The notes under the pieces are model-generated. The model did not search any database. It was not told the DNA's origin and was given only the letters and a program-made list of their open reading frames with translations. From NCBI GenBank assembly GCA_039028615.1, contig JBCCHT010000019.1, positions 128,001-192,000 of the forward strand: DNA of 64,000 nt. Reading direction: 5' to 3'. Positions 1-9,744 of this stretch are shown here, piece by piece. Source of the DNA: Myxococcota bacterium. GTDB lineage: Bacteria > Myxococcota_A > Polyangia > Nannocystales > Nannocystaceae. Position 1 is the first letter of the stretch; each line of letters starts with the position of its first letter. The translations under genes and the position numbers were made by a program.

Positions 1-1746
1 CACTACACGTGGCGCACGATCGACGGTCGCTGGCTGCTGACCGGCGAGGCGACCCAGGGCCCAGTCGCGATGACCTGGACCGAGGAGCCCTACGAGTGGA
101 TCGAAGGCCGCATGCTGAAGTCCCGGCGGTTGTTCTTGTCGGGGCCGGCCAAGGACGGAGGCGTTCGCGTCGAGGTCGAAGACGAAGGCGACGGCTGCCG
201 GGCGCGGGTCACCGCGTACGGTGAGGCCAAGTCGCTCGTCCTCCGCCTGCTGGACCCTCTGGTCCGGGCGCACCTGCGACGCCAGATGGAGCGCTACCTC
301 GACGCGATCGCGGAGATCCTCGAGACCGGAGCGAAATCTTTGGCCGCAGGCGACACGGAGCAGCCGGTCGCGCGCCGAGCCCAGGCGTTGTTGGGCGTCG
401 CCGACAACGAGCTGGCGATGGGAGGCACGACCGCCCCCGACGCGGGTGAGCTTCGCCGCCGGGCGGAGCGCCTCGAGTCGACCCCCGCCGATCCCAAAGT
501 GATCGAGGCGCTGGTGAACATGCTCTCCGACCGCCCCGATGAAGAGGTCTCGCAGATGCGCCCCTTCGAGCTCGCGCGCCAGTGGGGCTACGACCGGCGA
601 CGCGTGCTGCAGGCGTTCTTGCACGGGACCCAAGCCGGGCTGGTCGACCTCAACTGGCAGATCAACTGCCCCGTCTGCCGGGTCTCGGCCCAGGTCGTGG
701 ACTCACTGGGCGAGGTGGGGCGCGACGTGCACTGCGACGCGTGCAACATCAGCTACGGCGTGGACTTCGGGGCGAACGTGGAGGCGGTGTTCCGCTGCAA
801 CCACGCCATTCGGGACGTGCAGCCGGCGGTGTTCTGTGCAGCGAGCCCGGTGTTTCGGCCCCACGTCATCACCCAGCTGCGCGTCGAGGCGGGTCAGACC
901 CGCGAGCACGAGGTCGAGCTCGACGACGGCCGCTTGCTGCTGCGAACTCTCGGTCGCCACCAACGAGCCGAGCTCCAAGACCCGCAGGCCCCCGCCCGGC
1001 TCGACGTGCGCATCACCGACGACGCCGTGCGGATCACCGCCGAGGGCCGCTCGACCGATGGCACCACGCAGCTACGCGTGCACAATGAGCAATCCGAGAG
1101 CGCCTATCTGTCGCTCGAGCGCTCGGGCTGGGCGAGCGAGGCGGTGCTCGGCTCGGTGGTCGCGTCACAGCCCGACTTCGTGGACCTGTTCGCCACCGAG
1201 GCCCCCGCCGCGGGACTCGACCTGTCGATCGGCACCATCACCCTGCTGTTCAGCGACCTGACCGGTTCCACTGCGCTGTACGAAGAGCTCGGGGACGCGC
1301 GGGCCTTCGCCGTGGTCCAGGAGCACTTCCGCCTCATGACCACCATCGTCGCCCGCCACGAAGGCGCGGTGATCAAGACGATGGGCGACGCGGTCATGGC
1401 CAGCTTCTCCACGCCACAAAAGGCCGTGGCCGCGGCCATCGAAGCGATCCACGAGACGGAGGCCAGCCGCGGCGACCTCGACATCGGGGTCAAGCTCGGC
1501 ATCCACGAAGGGCCCTGCCTCGCGGTCCGAGCCAACGACCGCCTCGACTTCTTCGGCACCACCGTGAACCTGGCCGCGCGACTGCAGGGCCAAGCGGGGG
1601 GTGGCGAGCTGGTGCTGATGCGCGATCTCGCGGAGCAAAAAGAGGTGGCCGCGCTGCTGGGCGACGCGCCTCGCCGCGCGGCCGTCGCTCACCTCAAGGG
1701 AATCGCCGAGGACCGGGAGCTGGTCGCCATCGACCTGCACCCGTGA
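1..1746 (+). CDS. Class III adenylate/guanylate cyclase with DUF5939-like Zn-ribbon domain (5'-truncated by the window edge)
   Basis: Frame is open from base 1. CPVC...CDAC motif, then cyclase motifs LFSDLTGST, KTMGDAVMA, DFFGTTVNLAARLQ. Confidence 0.85.
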   Translation, partial: HYTWRTIDGRWLLTGEATQGPVAMTWTEEPYEWIEGRMLKSRRLFLSGPAKDGGVRVEVEDEGDGCRARVTAYGEAKSLVLRLLDPLVRAHLRRQMERYLDAIAEILETGAKSLAAGDTEQPVARRAQALLGVADNELAMGGTTAPDAGELRRRAERLESTPADPKVIEALVNMLSDRPDEEVSQMRPFELARQWGYDRRRVLQAFLHGTQAGLVDLNWQINCPVCRVSAQVVDSLGEVGRDVHCDACNISYGVDFGANVEAVFRCNHAIRDVQPAVFCAASPVFRPHVITQLRVEAGQTREHEVELDDGRLLLRTLGRHQRAELQDPQAPARLDVRITDDAVRITAEGRSTDGTTQLRVHNEQSESAYLSLERSGWASEAVLGSVVASQPDFVDLFATEAPAAGLDLSIGTITLLFSDLTGSTALYEELGDARAFAVVQEHFRLMTTIVARHEGAVIKTMGDAVMASFSTPQKAVAAAIEAIHETEASRGDLDIGVKLGIHEGPCLAVRANDRLDFFGTTVNLAARLQGQAGGGELVLMRDLAEQKEVAALLGDAPRRAAVAHLKGIAEDRELVAIDLHP

Positions 1747-1922
1747 TTGACCGGGGTTCAGGCCGACGGTCCGCCTCCCCGTCGCGAGCGCGAGTACGAT
1801 TTCGAGGGGCTGGCGCGGGGATCGAACGCACGCCAGCGGCCCGTCTGCGCCATTCCCACAGGTTCGTGAGGCGGGGCCCTTGCGCGCCCTGGCCCCGCAG
1901 GTAGGATTCGTCGGCCCATCGC

Positions 1923-2372
1923 ATGGCTAAGGTCACCGACTACAAGCTCCACCGCGTGCTCGCCCGCTTTCCGTGGCGACGTCGTAAGCCGCGGGCGAGC
2001 AACAAGAGCCATCCGCCCATCGGCCTGACCTTCCGCGAGGGCCAGAAGCTGTGGGCCGATCCGACCGACCTCGCCAGCTTCGAGGATCCGGGGCCCGCCC
2101 TCGTCTGCGTGGCGATGCACTCGGACACCACGGGGCACTCGCTGCTGCGCTCGCTCGTCGAGCACCACGCGGAGCGGGTCGGCACCGACCTGCCCGGCGA
2201 GGTCCCCGACATCACGACCGCGGGCCTCAGCCTCATCGAAGGGCTCATCGAAGACGCGGGACTCGACCCCGAGCACGCGGTGGGGGCCCACTCGATCAGC
2301 GACCTGCTGATTGCGACATGGGCGATTGCAGCTGCTGCACCCGGCGGCGTGGCTGCGCCCGAAAGTCTTTGA
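1923..2372 (+). CDS. Hypothetical protein
   Basis: 149-aa ORF with GC3-biased codons; no recognised motif. Confidence 0.6.
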   Translation: MAKVTDYKLHRVLARFPWRRRKPRASNKSHPPIGLTFREGQKLWADPTDLASFEDPGPALVCVAMHSDTTGHSLLRSLVEHHAERVGTDLPGEVPDITTAGLSLIEGLIEDAGLDPEHAVGAHSISDLLIATWAIAAAAPGGVAAPESL

Positions 2373-2511
2373 AATCAGCCAGCTGTGTGCGTTCACGCGG
2401 CCACTGCAGAATCCCGCCGGCTACGAAAGTAGCCTCGGAGAACCCCTTCTCTCGCGCGAAGTCGAACGGGCCCAGCGCCGGATATAGGCGAGCCCACGTG
2501 CGAGCGTGACC

Positions 2512-2527
2512 TGGCACGCAAGTTGTA
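2512..2527 (+). promoter_or_regulatory. Candidate sigma54 (-24/-12) promoter
   Basis: TGGCAC-GCAAG-TTGTA versus consensus TGGCAC-N5-TTGCW, ending 17 nt before the ATG at 2545. Confidence 0.45.
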
Positions 2528-2544
2528 GAGAAGGCGGCCCGTCC

Positions 2545-3948
2545 ATGACGCGGCACCAGGCAGTCTTCACTCGCAATCTATTGTTGGCCGGCGACGTCGG
2601 CCTGAGTGCACTCGCGTTCGTCATCGCGCTGGCGATTCGACAGTGGCTGGGAACGGCCGACCCGACCCTGGGCCCCTTGGATGGATCGTCGATCTACGGC
2701 CCGCTCCTGCTCGGCATGGTGCCGGCGTGGGGCATCGCCCTTCACGTCACCCGTAGCGCCTACTTCCGCGACGGGCTCAAGGTCGCCACCCTCCGCTACG
2801 CCAAGGCAGTCGGCATCGGCCTGGTGATGCTGATGGGCGTCAGCTTCCTGCTCTCCCTGCACTCGCTGTCGCGCGGCTTCGTGGCCATCATGGCGGTAAC
2901 CCAGCTGGCGCTGCTGGTCGGGGGCCGGGCGCTGGCCGTGGCCGCGCTCAGCCGCCGCCCCGTCGACCACCGCGTGTTGATCGTCGGCTGCAGCGAGCAA
3001 GCGCTGCGCTACTCCGAGTCGCTGCGTCGCGATGCCTGGAAGCAGGAGCTGGTGGGCTTCGTCGGCGTGCCCGACGAGGCCCGGCTCGCCGCCGCCTCGC
3101 CCGTGGTCGCCGAGGTCGAAGGCCTCGCCCAGCTGCTCGACAGCCAGCCCGTGGACGAGGTCATCTTCACCGTGTCCGACCGCCGCGGCGCCGGGGTCCT
3201 GGCCGCCATCGATGCCTGCCAGATCCGCGGCGTGGACGTGCTGATGGGCATGCCCGCCGCCATGCAGACCCACGGCCAGGTACAGATGGCTCAGCTCAGC
3301 GGGGTCGGCATGCCCATGCTCAGCGTCTCCAACTCGCCTTCGGCCACGGGCTCGCTGATGGCCAAGCGGATCTTCGACTTCATGGGCGCGCTGCTGCTCG
3401 TGGTGCTCACCGCTCCCATCATGGCCATGGCCGCCATCGCCATCGCCATCGAGTCGCGGGGCCCCGTGCTCTTCCGTCAGGAGCGCTCCGGTCGCAACGG
3501 CCGACGCTTCACGATGCTCAAGTTCCGCTCGATGGTGGTCGACGCCGAGGCCCGACGCGCCGAGCTGGCCCACCTCAACGAGATGGACGGCCCGGTCTTC
3601 AAGATCCGTCAGGACCCCCGCATCACCCGGGTCGGCGCCTTCATTCGCGCCACCAGCATCGACGAGCTCCCCCAGCTGTTCAACGTGATGTTCGGCCACA
3701 TGAGCCTGGTGGGCCCGCGCCCGCCGCTGCCCCGCGAGGTCGAGCAGTACGAACCCTGGCAGCGCCGCCGCCTCTCCGTTCGCCCTGGCATCACCGGCCT
3801 GTGGCAGGTCAGCGGCCGCAACGACGTCGACTTCCAGCAGTGGATGAAGCTCGATCTTCGCTACATCGACAACTGGTCGCTCCGACTCGACCTCGAGATC
3901 CTCGCACGTACCCTCCCCGCCGTAGTGTCGCGCACAGGCGCCAGCTGA
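2545..3948 (+). CDS. Polyprenyl-phosphate sugar phosphotransferase (WcaJ/WbaP-like priming glycosyltransferase)
   Basis: N-terminal TM helices; [66 protein letters not shown]. Confidence 0.93.
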   Translation: MTRHQAVFTRNLLLAGDVGLSALAFVIALAIRQWLGTADPTLGPLDGSSIYGPLLLGMVPAWGIALHVTRSAYFRDGLKVATLRYAKAVGIGLVMLMGVSFLLSLHSLSRGFVAIMAVTQLALLVGGRALAVAALSRRPVDHRVLIVGCSEQALRYSESLRRDAWKQELVGFVGVPDEARLAAASPVVAEVEGLAQLLDSQPVDEVIFTVSDRRGAGVLAAIDACQIRGVDVLMGMPAAMQTHGQVQMAQLSGVGMPMLSVSNSPSATGSLMAKRIFDFMGALLLVVLTAPIMAMAAIAIAIESRGPVLFRQERSGRNGRRFTMLKFRSMVVDAEARRAELAHLNEMDGPVFKIRQDPRITRVGAFIRATSIDELPQLFNVMFGHMSLVGPRPPLPREVEQYEPWQRRRLSVRPGITGLWQVSGRNDVDFQQWMKLDLRYIDNWSLRLDLEILARTLPAVVSRTGAS

Positions 3949-3972
3949 GCGCCGCGGCTCCCCGGCGGGAGC

Positions 3973-4008
3973 AGGGCGGGTCCCGGGCGGGGCCCGCCCT
4001 TTTTATTT
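3973..4008 (+). terminator. Rho-independent terminator
   Basis: AGGGCGGGTCCC-GGGC-GGGGCCCGCCCT stem followed by TTTTATTT, between convergent genes. Confidence 0.75.
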
Positions 4009-4022
4009 GGTTTCGGGCCCGC

Positions 4023-4811
4023 TCAGCCGGGGTTGTTGAGCTGGATGGCCGTGAACACGCCGCCCTGGGCGTCGCGCAGCACGGCGAAGCGCCCGGCCGG
4101 GATGTCGGTGCCCGGCACCATGATGGCGCCCCCGCTCGCCTCCGCCAGCTTGGCCGTGGCGTCGCAATCCTCGACCGCGAAGTAGGCCATCCAGTGCGGG
4201 GGCACCCCCTCCCACTTGGGACCCTGCATCGGCATGATGCCGCCGTTGTCCCGATCGCCGTTCTTGATGACGGTGTAGTCGAACTCGCCCATGGGGATCG
4301 AGCTGAAGCTCCACCCGAAGAGCTTGCCGTAGAACTCCTGGGCCTTGGCCACGTCGCGCACCGCCAGCTCGTTCCAGCTCAGCGACACCGCCTCGTTGAC
4401 GATCTGCGAGCCGTGGTGGTTGCCGGGCTGCCACACCGCGAACGCGGCCCCGGCCGGATCCATGAAAAACGCGAGCGAGCCCGCATCCATCACCTTCATC
4501 GCGGGCACGGTCACGGTGGCGCCCAGGGCCTTGGCCTGCTCGGCCACCGCGGCGGCATCGTCGACGGAGACGTAGTTGTTCCACATCGGTGGAACTCCGG
4601 CCTTCTTCATCTCGTCGCTCATCTGGCCGATGCCGGCGACGACCTTGCCCCCGTTGGTGAACATCGCGTAGGGCGGGCCGCCTTGGGTTTCTTGGGTCTG
4701 CGCCTCCCAGCCGAACAGCTCAGCGTACCAGCGCTGCGCCGCCTCCATGTCGTGGGCCACGTAGTCCACCCAGCAGAACGTGCCAGGCGCATACTTCGTC
4801 ATCTCGGTCAC
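4023..4811 (-). CDS. VOC/glyoxalase family protein with two VOC domains
   Basis: PGTFCWVD...WYAELFGW, WNNYVSVDD, DPAGAAFAVWQ; second repeat WNEL...FYGKLFGW...DAQGGVF. Confidence 0.9.
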   Translation of the reverse strand: MTEMTKYAPGTFCWVDYVAHDMEAAQRWYAELFGWEAQTQETQGGPPYAMFTNGGKVVAGIGQMSDEMKKAGVPPMWNNYVSVDDAAAVAEQAKALGATVTVPAMKVMDAGSLAFFMDPAGAAFAVWQPGNHHGSQIVNEAVSLSWNELAVRDVAKAQEFYGKLFGWSFSSIPMGEFDYTVIKNGDRDNGGIMPMQGPKWEGVPPHWMAYFAVEDCDATAKLAEASGGAIMVPGTDIPAGRFAVLRDAQGGVFTAIQLNNPG

Positions 4812-5155
4812 GGGGAACCTCCAGGTCGAAGGTCGTCACCGTCATCCTGGCGGTGCGACGTCTGTCGTGAGGAGTGGCTCCTCAAAGACCGCGGCGCCAC
4901 GGTCCATCGTCACGCTCGAGTCGGCGAACGGTCGCCGCAACGCCCAGGCCCATGAGTCCGAGAAGGAGCCACAAAAAGAGGAAAGACAGGGCGGACCAGA
5001 GCGCGACCATGGGCGGGAGCATGATTTACCACGCACTCCGCCCGTCTCGCACCCAGCGCCAACGGCACGACCGGTACACCGCGGCCCGCCGCCACCCGCC
5101 GACGATCTGAGGGCCCTGGCGCGGGCCGCCGCAGAGGCTGCTACGCTCGCGCGCC

Positions 5156-6967
5156 ATGGAGACCTCGCCCCTCGCCCTCGCGGTCGCCCAAGCCATCGTG
5201 ACGGCCCTGCCCAAGGACGTCGAGCTCGGCGTCGATGAAGTGGCCGGCCTGCTGGGCCCGACGCCGAAGCCCGAGCTCGGCGATCTGGCGTTCCCCTGCT
5301 TCCGCCTGGCCAAGGCGCTGCGCAAGGCCCCCCCGAAGATCGCGGCCGAGCTCGCCGAAGGCATCCAGTCCGACTTCATCACCGAGATCCGCCCGACCGG
5401 GCCCTATTTGAACCTGCGCGTCGATCTCGGTGCAGCGTCGGCCCTGGTGCTCCGCGACCTGGCCGAGGGCAAGGCTCCCGCCGCGCCCGACCGCTCGCAG
5501 CGAGCGATGGTCGAGTACTCCCAGCCCAACACGCACAAGGCCTTCCACGTCGGCCACATGCGCAACGTGTGCCTGGGTGACGCCATCGTCCGGCTGCTCC
5601 GTGCCGACGGCTATGACGTGGTCGCGGCCAACTACCTCGGCGACGTGGGAGCCCACATCGCCAAGTGCCTGTGGTGGTTCCTCGACGTACTCACCGAGGA
5701 GCAGCGGCAGCCCCCGACCGTGGCCCGCGGCGAGTGGCTGGGCGAGTTCTACTCCGCCGCCAACAACCAGCTCGAGAGCTGGGCGGAGCAGGCCAAGGCC
5801 GGGGACGCCGACGCGGAAGCCAAGCTCACCGCCGCCCGAGCCCGCACCACCGAAATCCTGCAGCGACTCGAGGCCCGCGACCCCGAGCTCATCGCCATCT
5901 GGGAGCGCACCCGCCAGTGGTCGCTCGACGACTTCGACGAGATCTACGCGTGGACCGGGGTGAAGTTCGACCGGATCTTCTTCGAGAGCGAGGTCGACGA
6001 GCCCGGCCTCGCGCTGGTGGAGGAGTTCTTCCAAAAGGGCGTGTTCGTGGAGAGCGAGGGCGCAGTCGGCATCTTCAATGAAGAGGTCAAGCACATGCCC
6101 TTCTTCATGCTGCGCAAGCGCGACGGCACCAGCCTCTACTCCACCAAAGACCTGGCCCTCGCCCGCCTCAAGTTCGACGAGCACCGCATCGACCGTTCGA
6201 TCTACGTGGTCGACGTGCGGCAGAGCGACCACTTCCGCCACGTCTTCCTCACCCTGAAGAAGATGGGCTTCGCTCAGGCCGAGCTGTGCGAGCACGTGCC
6301 CTACGAGATGGTCGAGCTGCCCTCCGGCCCCATGTCGGGGCGCAAGGGCACCATCATCTTGTTCCGCATGCTCCGCGAGCGGATGACCGCTCACATCACG
6401 CAGACCTACCTCGAGGACTTCCGCGGCGACTGGTCCGACGAAGAGATCGCCGAGACCGCCCGTCAGCTGGCGCTGGGAGCGATCAAGTTCGGCATGCTCA
6501 CGCGCGACGTGAACCAGAAGATCGTCTTCGACATGGAGGCGTGGATGAGCGTCGAGGGAGACACCGGGCCGTACCTCCAGTACAGCGCCGCGCGCTTGGG
6601 CTCGATCATCCGCAAGGCGGCCGCGACGGGTCAGACCTTCGATGCCGCCATGCTGGGCGACGCCGCCCGGATGCAGGCGGCCGGCGCCGCCCTGGTGCAG
6701 CCCCAAGAGCGCCAGCTGCTGCTCGAGCTGGCCGAACTCGGGCCCCAAGTCCATCGCGCCGCCGCAGGCCTACGCCCCTCGGTGCTCTGCACCTATCTGC
6801 TGAGCCTGGCCAAGGCGATCAACCGCTTCGCCACCTCGAAGAACTGTCGTGTGCTCGGTAGCGAAGGCGCGCTGCTCGATGGCCGACTGTTGTTGGTCAC
6901 CGCCGCCCACGAAGGCCTCCGCTGGGGCCTGTCGGTGCTCGGCATCGAGGCCCCGACTCGGATGTAA
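5156..6967 (+). CDS. argS: Arginine--tRNA ligase
   Basis: GDLAFPCF, GPYLN, VEYSQPNTHKAFHVGHMRN (HIGH-like), MSGRKG, GDTGPYLQY, C-terminal LGIEAPTRM. Confidence 0.96.
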   Translation: METSPLALAVAQAIVTALPKDVELGVDEVAGLLGPTPKPELGDLAFPCFRLAKALRKAPPKIAAELAEGIQSDFITEIRPTGPYLNLRVDLGAASALVLRDLAEGKAPAAPDRSQRAMVEYSQPNTHKAFHVGHMRNVCLGDAIVRLLRADGYDVVAANYLGDVGAHIAKCLWWFLDVLTEEQRQPPTVARGEWLGEFYSAANNQLESWAEQAKAGDADAEAKLTAARARTTEILQRLEARDPELIAIWERTRQWSLDDFDEIYAWTGVKFDRIFFESEVDEPGLALVEEFFQKGVFVESEGAVGIFNEEVKHMPFFMLRKRDGTSLYSTKDLALARLKFDEHRIDRSIYVVDVRQSDHFRHVFLTLKKMGFAQAELCEHVPYEMVELPSGPMSGRKGTIILFRMLRERMTAHITQTYLEDFRGDWSDEEIAETARQLALGAIKFGMLTRDVNQKIVFDMEAWMSVEGDTGPYLQYSAARLGSIIRKAAATGQTFDAAMLGDAARMQAAGAALVQPQERQLLLELAELGPQVHRAAAGLRPSVLCTYLLSLAKAINRFATSKNCRVLGSEGALLDGRLLLVTAAHEGLRWGLSVLGIEAPTRM

Positions 6968-7095
6968 CGCTCGCGAGCGTTCTCACCGAAGTCGACGAAA
7001 CTCCGGTCGTCGATCGCTGGGGCGTGAGCGGCCCCCGTGAGATTCCTGTGTTCGCGTCGTCGGAGACGCTCCCTCGGTCGTGATACCGAGGAAGT

Positions 7096-8307
7096 ATGAC
7101 CGACGACGCGCGTACGCCAGTCATCATCGACGCTCTGCGAACGCCCATCGGCCGCCTCCGCGGTTCGCTGGCCCCAGTGCGCCCCGACGATCTCGCGGCT
7201 CACGTCGTGCGGCACCTGGTCGAGCGCTACCCCGCCGCCATGGAGCAGCTCGAGGACGTGGTCTTCGGCGCGGCCAACCAGTCCGGCGAGGACAACCGCA
7301 ACGTCGCTCGCATGGCGTCGCTGCTGGCCGGCCTGCCCGTCGAGATCCCCGGCGTGACCGTCAACCGCCTCTGCGGCTCGGGCATGGAGGCGATCATCCA
7401 GGCCTCCAAGTCGATCATGGCCGGCGAGGGCGAGGTCTACATCGCGGGCGGCGTGGAGAGCATGACGCGGGCGCCCTTCGTCATGCCCAAGTCCGGCGAG
7501 GCCTTCCCGCGCGCGGCCGAGATCTACGACACCTCGCTCGGCTGGCGGATGAACAACCCCCGCATGAACGAGCTGTATCCCATCGAGGGTCTCGGCTCGA
7601 CGGCGGAGAACGTGGCCGAGCGCTACGGGGTGAGCCGCGAGGACCAGGACCGCTGGGCCCTGGCCTCGCACGACAAGGCGGCCAAGGCTCAGGACGAGGG
7701 CTGGCTCGACGGCGAGATCGTGCCCATCACCGTGCCCCAGGGTCGCAAGAAGGACCCCATTCGGGTGACGGCCGACGAGGGCGTCCGCCGCGACAGCTCG
7801 ATGGACAAGCTCGCCCGGCTGCGCCCCGTGTTCCGCGAGGGCGGCACGGTCACCGCGGGCAACAGCTCCTCGATCAACGACGGTGCCTGTGCGGTGCTGG
7901 TGACCAGCCTCGCCCGCGCCAACAAGCTCGGGCTCAAGCCCATGGCTCGCCTGGTGAGCTGGGGTCACGCTGGCGTGCACCCGGGCGTGATGGGCATCGG
8001 GCCCATCCCCGCCACGGGCAAGGCGCTGGAGCGCGCGGGACTGAAGGCCAGCGACATCGACGTCGCCGAGCTCAACGAGGCCTTCGCCTCGCAGGTGCTC
8101 GCCTCCATGCGCGCTCTCGAGCTCGACCCGGAGAAGGTCAACCCGGTCGGTGGCGCCATCGCCCTCGGCCACCCGCTGGGCTGCTCGGGCGCCCGCATCG
8201 TGACCACGCTGACCCACGCGCTGGCCCGCACCCGCGGCCGCTACGGTCTGGCCACGATGTGCATCGGCGTCGGCCAGGGCATCGCGTCGATCTACGAGCG
8301 CCTCTAG
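7096..8307 (+). CDS. Acetyl-CoA C-acyltransferase (thiolase, PcaF/PaaJ-like)
   Basis: RTPIG, NRLCGSG (catalytic Cys), NEAFA, GGAIALGHPLG, MCIGVGQG. Confidence 0.95.
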   Translation: MTDDARTPVIIDALRTPIGRLRGSLAPVRPDDLAAHVVRHLVERYPAAMEQLEDVVFGAANQSGEDNRNVARMASLLAGLPVEIPGVTVNRLCGSGMEAIIQASKSIMAGEGEVYIAGGVESMTRAPFVMPKSGEAFPRAAEIYDTSLGWRMNNPRMNELYPIEGLGSTAENVAERYGVSREDQDRWALASHDKAAKAQDEGWLDGEIVPITVPQGRKKDPIRVTADEGVRRDSSMDKLARLRPVFREGGTVTAGNSSSINDGACAVLVTSLARANKLGLKPMARLVSWGHAGVHPGVMGIGPIPATGKALERAGLKASDIDVAELNEAFASQVLASMRALELDPEKVNPVGGAIALGHPLGCSGARIVTTLTHALARTRGRYGLATMCIGVGQGIASIYERL

Positions 8308-8335
8308 AGCGTCCCTCGCTTCGACGAAGCATGCA

Positions 8336-8362
8336 TCGGGCGAGCCCTCGTGGCTCGCCCGA
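8336..8362. terminator. Hairpin between convergent genes (probable bidirectional terminator)
   Basis: TCGGGCGAGCC-CTCGT-GGCTCGCCCGA, perfect 11-bp stem. Confidence 0.55.
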
Positions 8363-8381
8363 CCTGCTCTCGGGCGCGGAC

Positions 8382-9011
8382 TCAGTCGATCCAGCGGTCC
8401 CAGCGAGGCTCGCGAGTCACCAGCTGGCCGTCTTCGCGGCGGTAGACCTTCCAGTTGCCGTCGCCCTGCTCGATGAGGAACGCCTCGACCGGTCCGAACA
8501 CGTCGTCGAGCTCCTTCGAGGTGCAGGTCGGCAAGAACGCCCGGAGCACGCGCGGGTCGTAGAAACGAAACAGCACCTCGCGCCCTTCGGGCAGGCGCAC
8601 GCGGATCATCCCGGCGAAATGCTCGGAGATGTCGTCCATGGAGGCGCTGCTCCGCAACATGACGCCCCAATTGTGCCCGCGTCCGTAGCGCGCGAAGTAC
8701 CCGGCAAACGGGTAGTGCGAGGCCAGAGCCACCAGGTACGGGGCCACGGCCGCCAGGTCGCGCGGCAAGTCCGTCCCGTACAGACAACGCCAGTCATTCC
8801 CTGACGCGGTGAGCATGGGGAAGACGCGTTCGTCTTGCGCGCCGTCCACCAAACCGAACACCGTGCTGGGCTTGGCCGAGACCTTGATGTTGGACAGAGC
8901 CCGCTTGATGATGCCGTTGATCGTCCGTTTGGTCGTTCTCGACACGTCTCGCCCACTATACGACGTGAGCGACCACCCCCCCAGGCGCGTATGATTATTG
9001 GGCCACGACAC
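8382..9011 (-). CDS. DUF4123 family protein (T6SS effector adaptor/chaperone-like); true start may be downstream
   Basis: GLVDGA...CLY...APYLVAL, WGVMLRS and the family hallmark LFRFYDPRVL. Confidence 0.85.
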   Translation of the reverse strand: MSWPNNHTRLGGWSLTSYSGRDVSRTTKRTINGIIKRALSNIKVSAKPSTVFGLVDGAQDERVFPMLTASGNDWRCLYGTDLPRDLAAVAPYLVALASHYPFAGYFARYGRGHNWGVMLRSSASMDDISEHFAGMIRVRLPEGREVLFRFYDPRVLRAFLPTCTSKELDDVFGPVEAFLIEQGDGNWKVYRREDGQLVTREPRWDRWID

Positions 9012-9060
9012 CTACATCGGGCTTGCCCGAGCCGAATAATCTGAAACAGTAAGGAGTGCC

Positions 9061-9525
9061 ATGCAGTGGCTCTTGCGCGGTTCCCAGCAACTCATGCTCA
9101 GCACCACCCGGGCGGCCCCGTTTGCGGGCGCCGTGATGGTCAACGACCCGCACTCCGCCGCGGCCATGCTCAGGACCGTCTCGTTCGATCCCGAGCAAAT
9201 GAAGACGCTGCGCCAGATCCACACCGATCTGACCGAGAGCCACAACTCCCGCACTCGCTCCGACACGCTCGTCGTGGCCGAGATCATGAGCTTGCTGGCC
9301 ACCTCGCGCCTGTACCTGTTCGAGCAAACGCGGGACTTCGGCCTCACCTTCGATGTCCCCGAGAACGAGGACCAAGATCTCGCCGAAGACGCGGTGGTGC
9401 TCGAAGCCGAGCCCGAGCCGCCTCCCCCCGAGCCCAAGCCCAGCCCGGTGGTGCTGGCCCAGGCCGACGCTCTGAAGAAGGCCGCCGAATCGGGCTCACC
9501 GTTCTGCGAGGAATGAGTGGACTGA
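9061..9525 (+). CDS. T6SS-associated-type protein with C-terminal QAxxLxxAAxxGxPFCEE(C/U) motif; candidate selenoprotein (TGA 9514-9516 read as Sec, otherwise the ORF ends at 9516)
   Basis: AAGGAG RBS; ends QADALKKAAESGSPFCEE-TGA-GTG-GAC-TGA; hairpin starts 11 nt after the first TGA. Confidence 0.7.
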
Positions 9526-9527
9526 CT

Positions 9528-9546
9528 GCTCCCGCGTGACGGGAGC
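9528..9546 (+). promoter_or_regulatory. Candidate bacterial SECIS hairpin
   Basis: GCTCCCG-CGTGA-CGGGAGC; 11-nt spacer from the TGA; G in second loop position. Confidence 0.5.
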
Positions 9547-9690
9547 CCGAACCCCTCGAAAGCCTGCTCGCGTGCTCGCCACGCCCACCAACCGACCCTC
9601 GCGACGACGTCCGTCTTCTGCGCACCACCGATTCTGGTCCCCTGCGGCCCATTTCGACTACCCTTGGACGAGCGCCATTTGCGGACCCCC

Positions 9691-9707
9691 TTGCAATTAG
9701 ATTGCGA
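9691..9707. promoter_or_regulatory. 7-3-7 inverted repeat, candidate Zur/Fur-family operator
   Basis: TTGCAAT-TAG-ATTGCGA (1 mismatch), AT-rich, about 37 nt upstream of the Cys-poor DksA paralog. Confidence 0.5.
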
Positions 9708-9744
9708 GTGATTAAACCGGGGACCCACCGAAGACGAGGGCACG

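Noticed and set aside
2370..2401. TGA followed by a hairpin (GCTGTGTG-CGTT-CACGCGGC) resembling a SECIS
   Set aside because: No Cys-motif context and only a short, featureless extension; shows that such hairpins arise by chance here.
4874..5110. Small basic ORF upstream of argS
   Set aside because: Arg/Ser-rich with no motif or clear RBS; cannot be supported.
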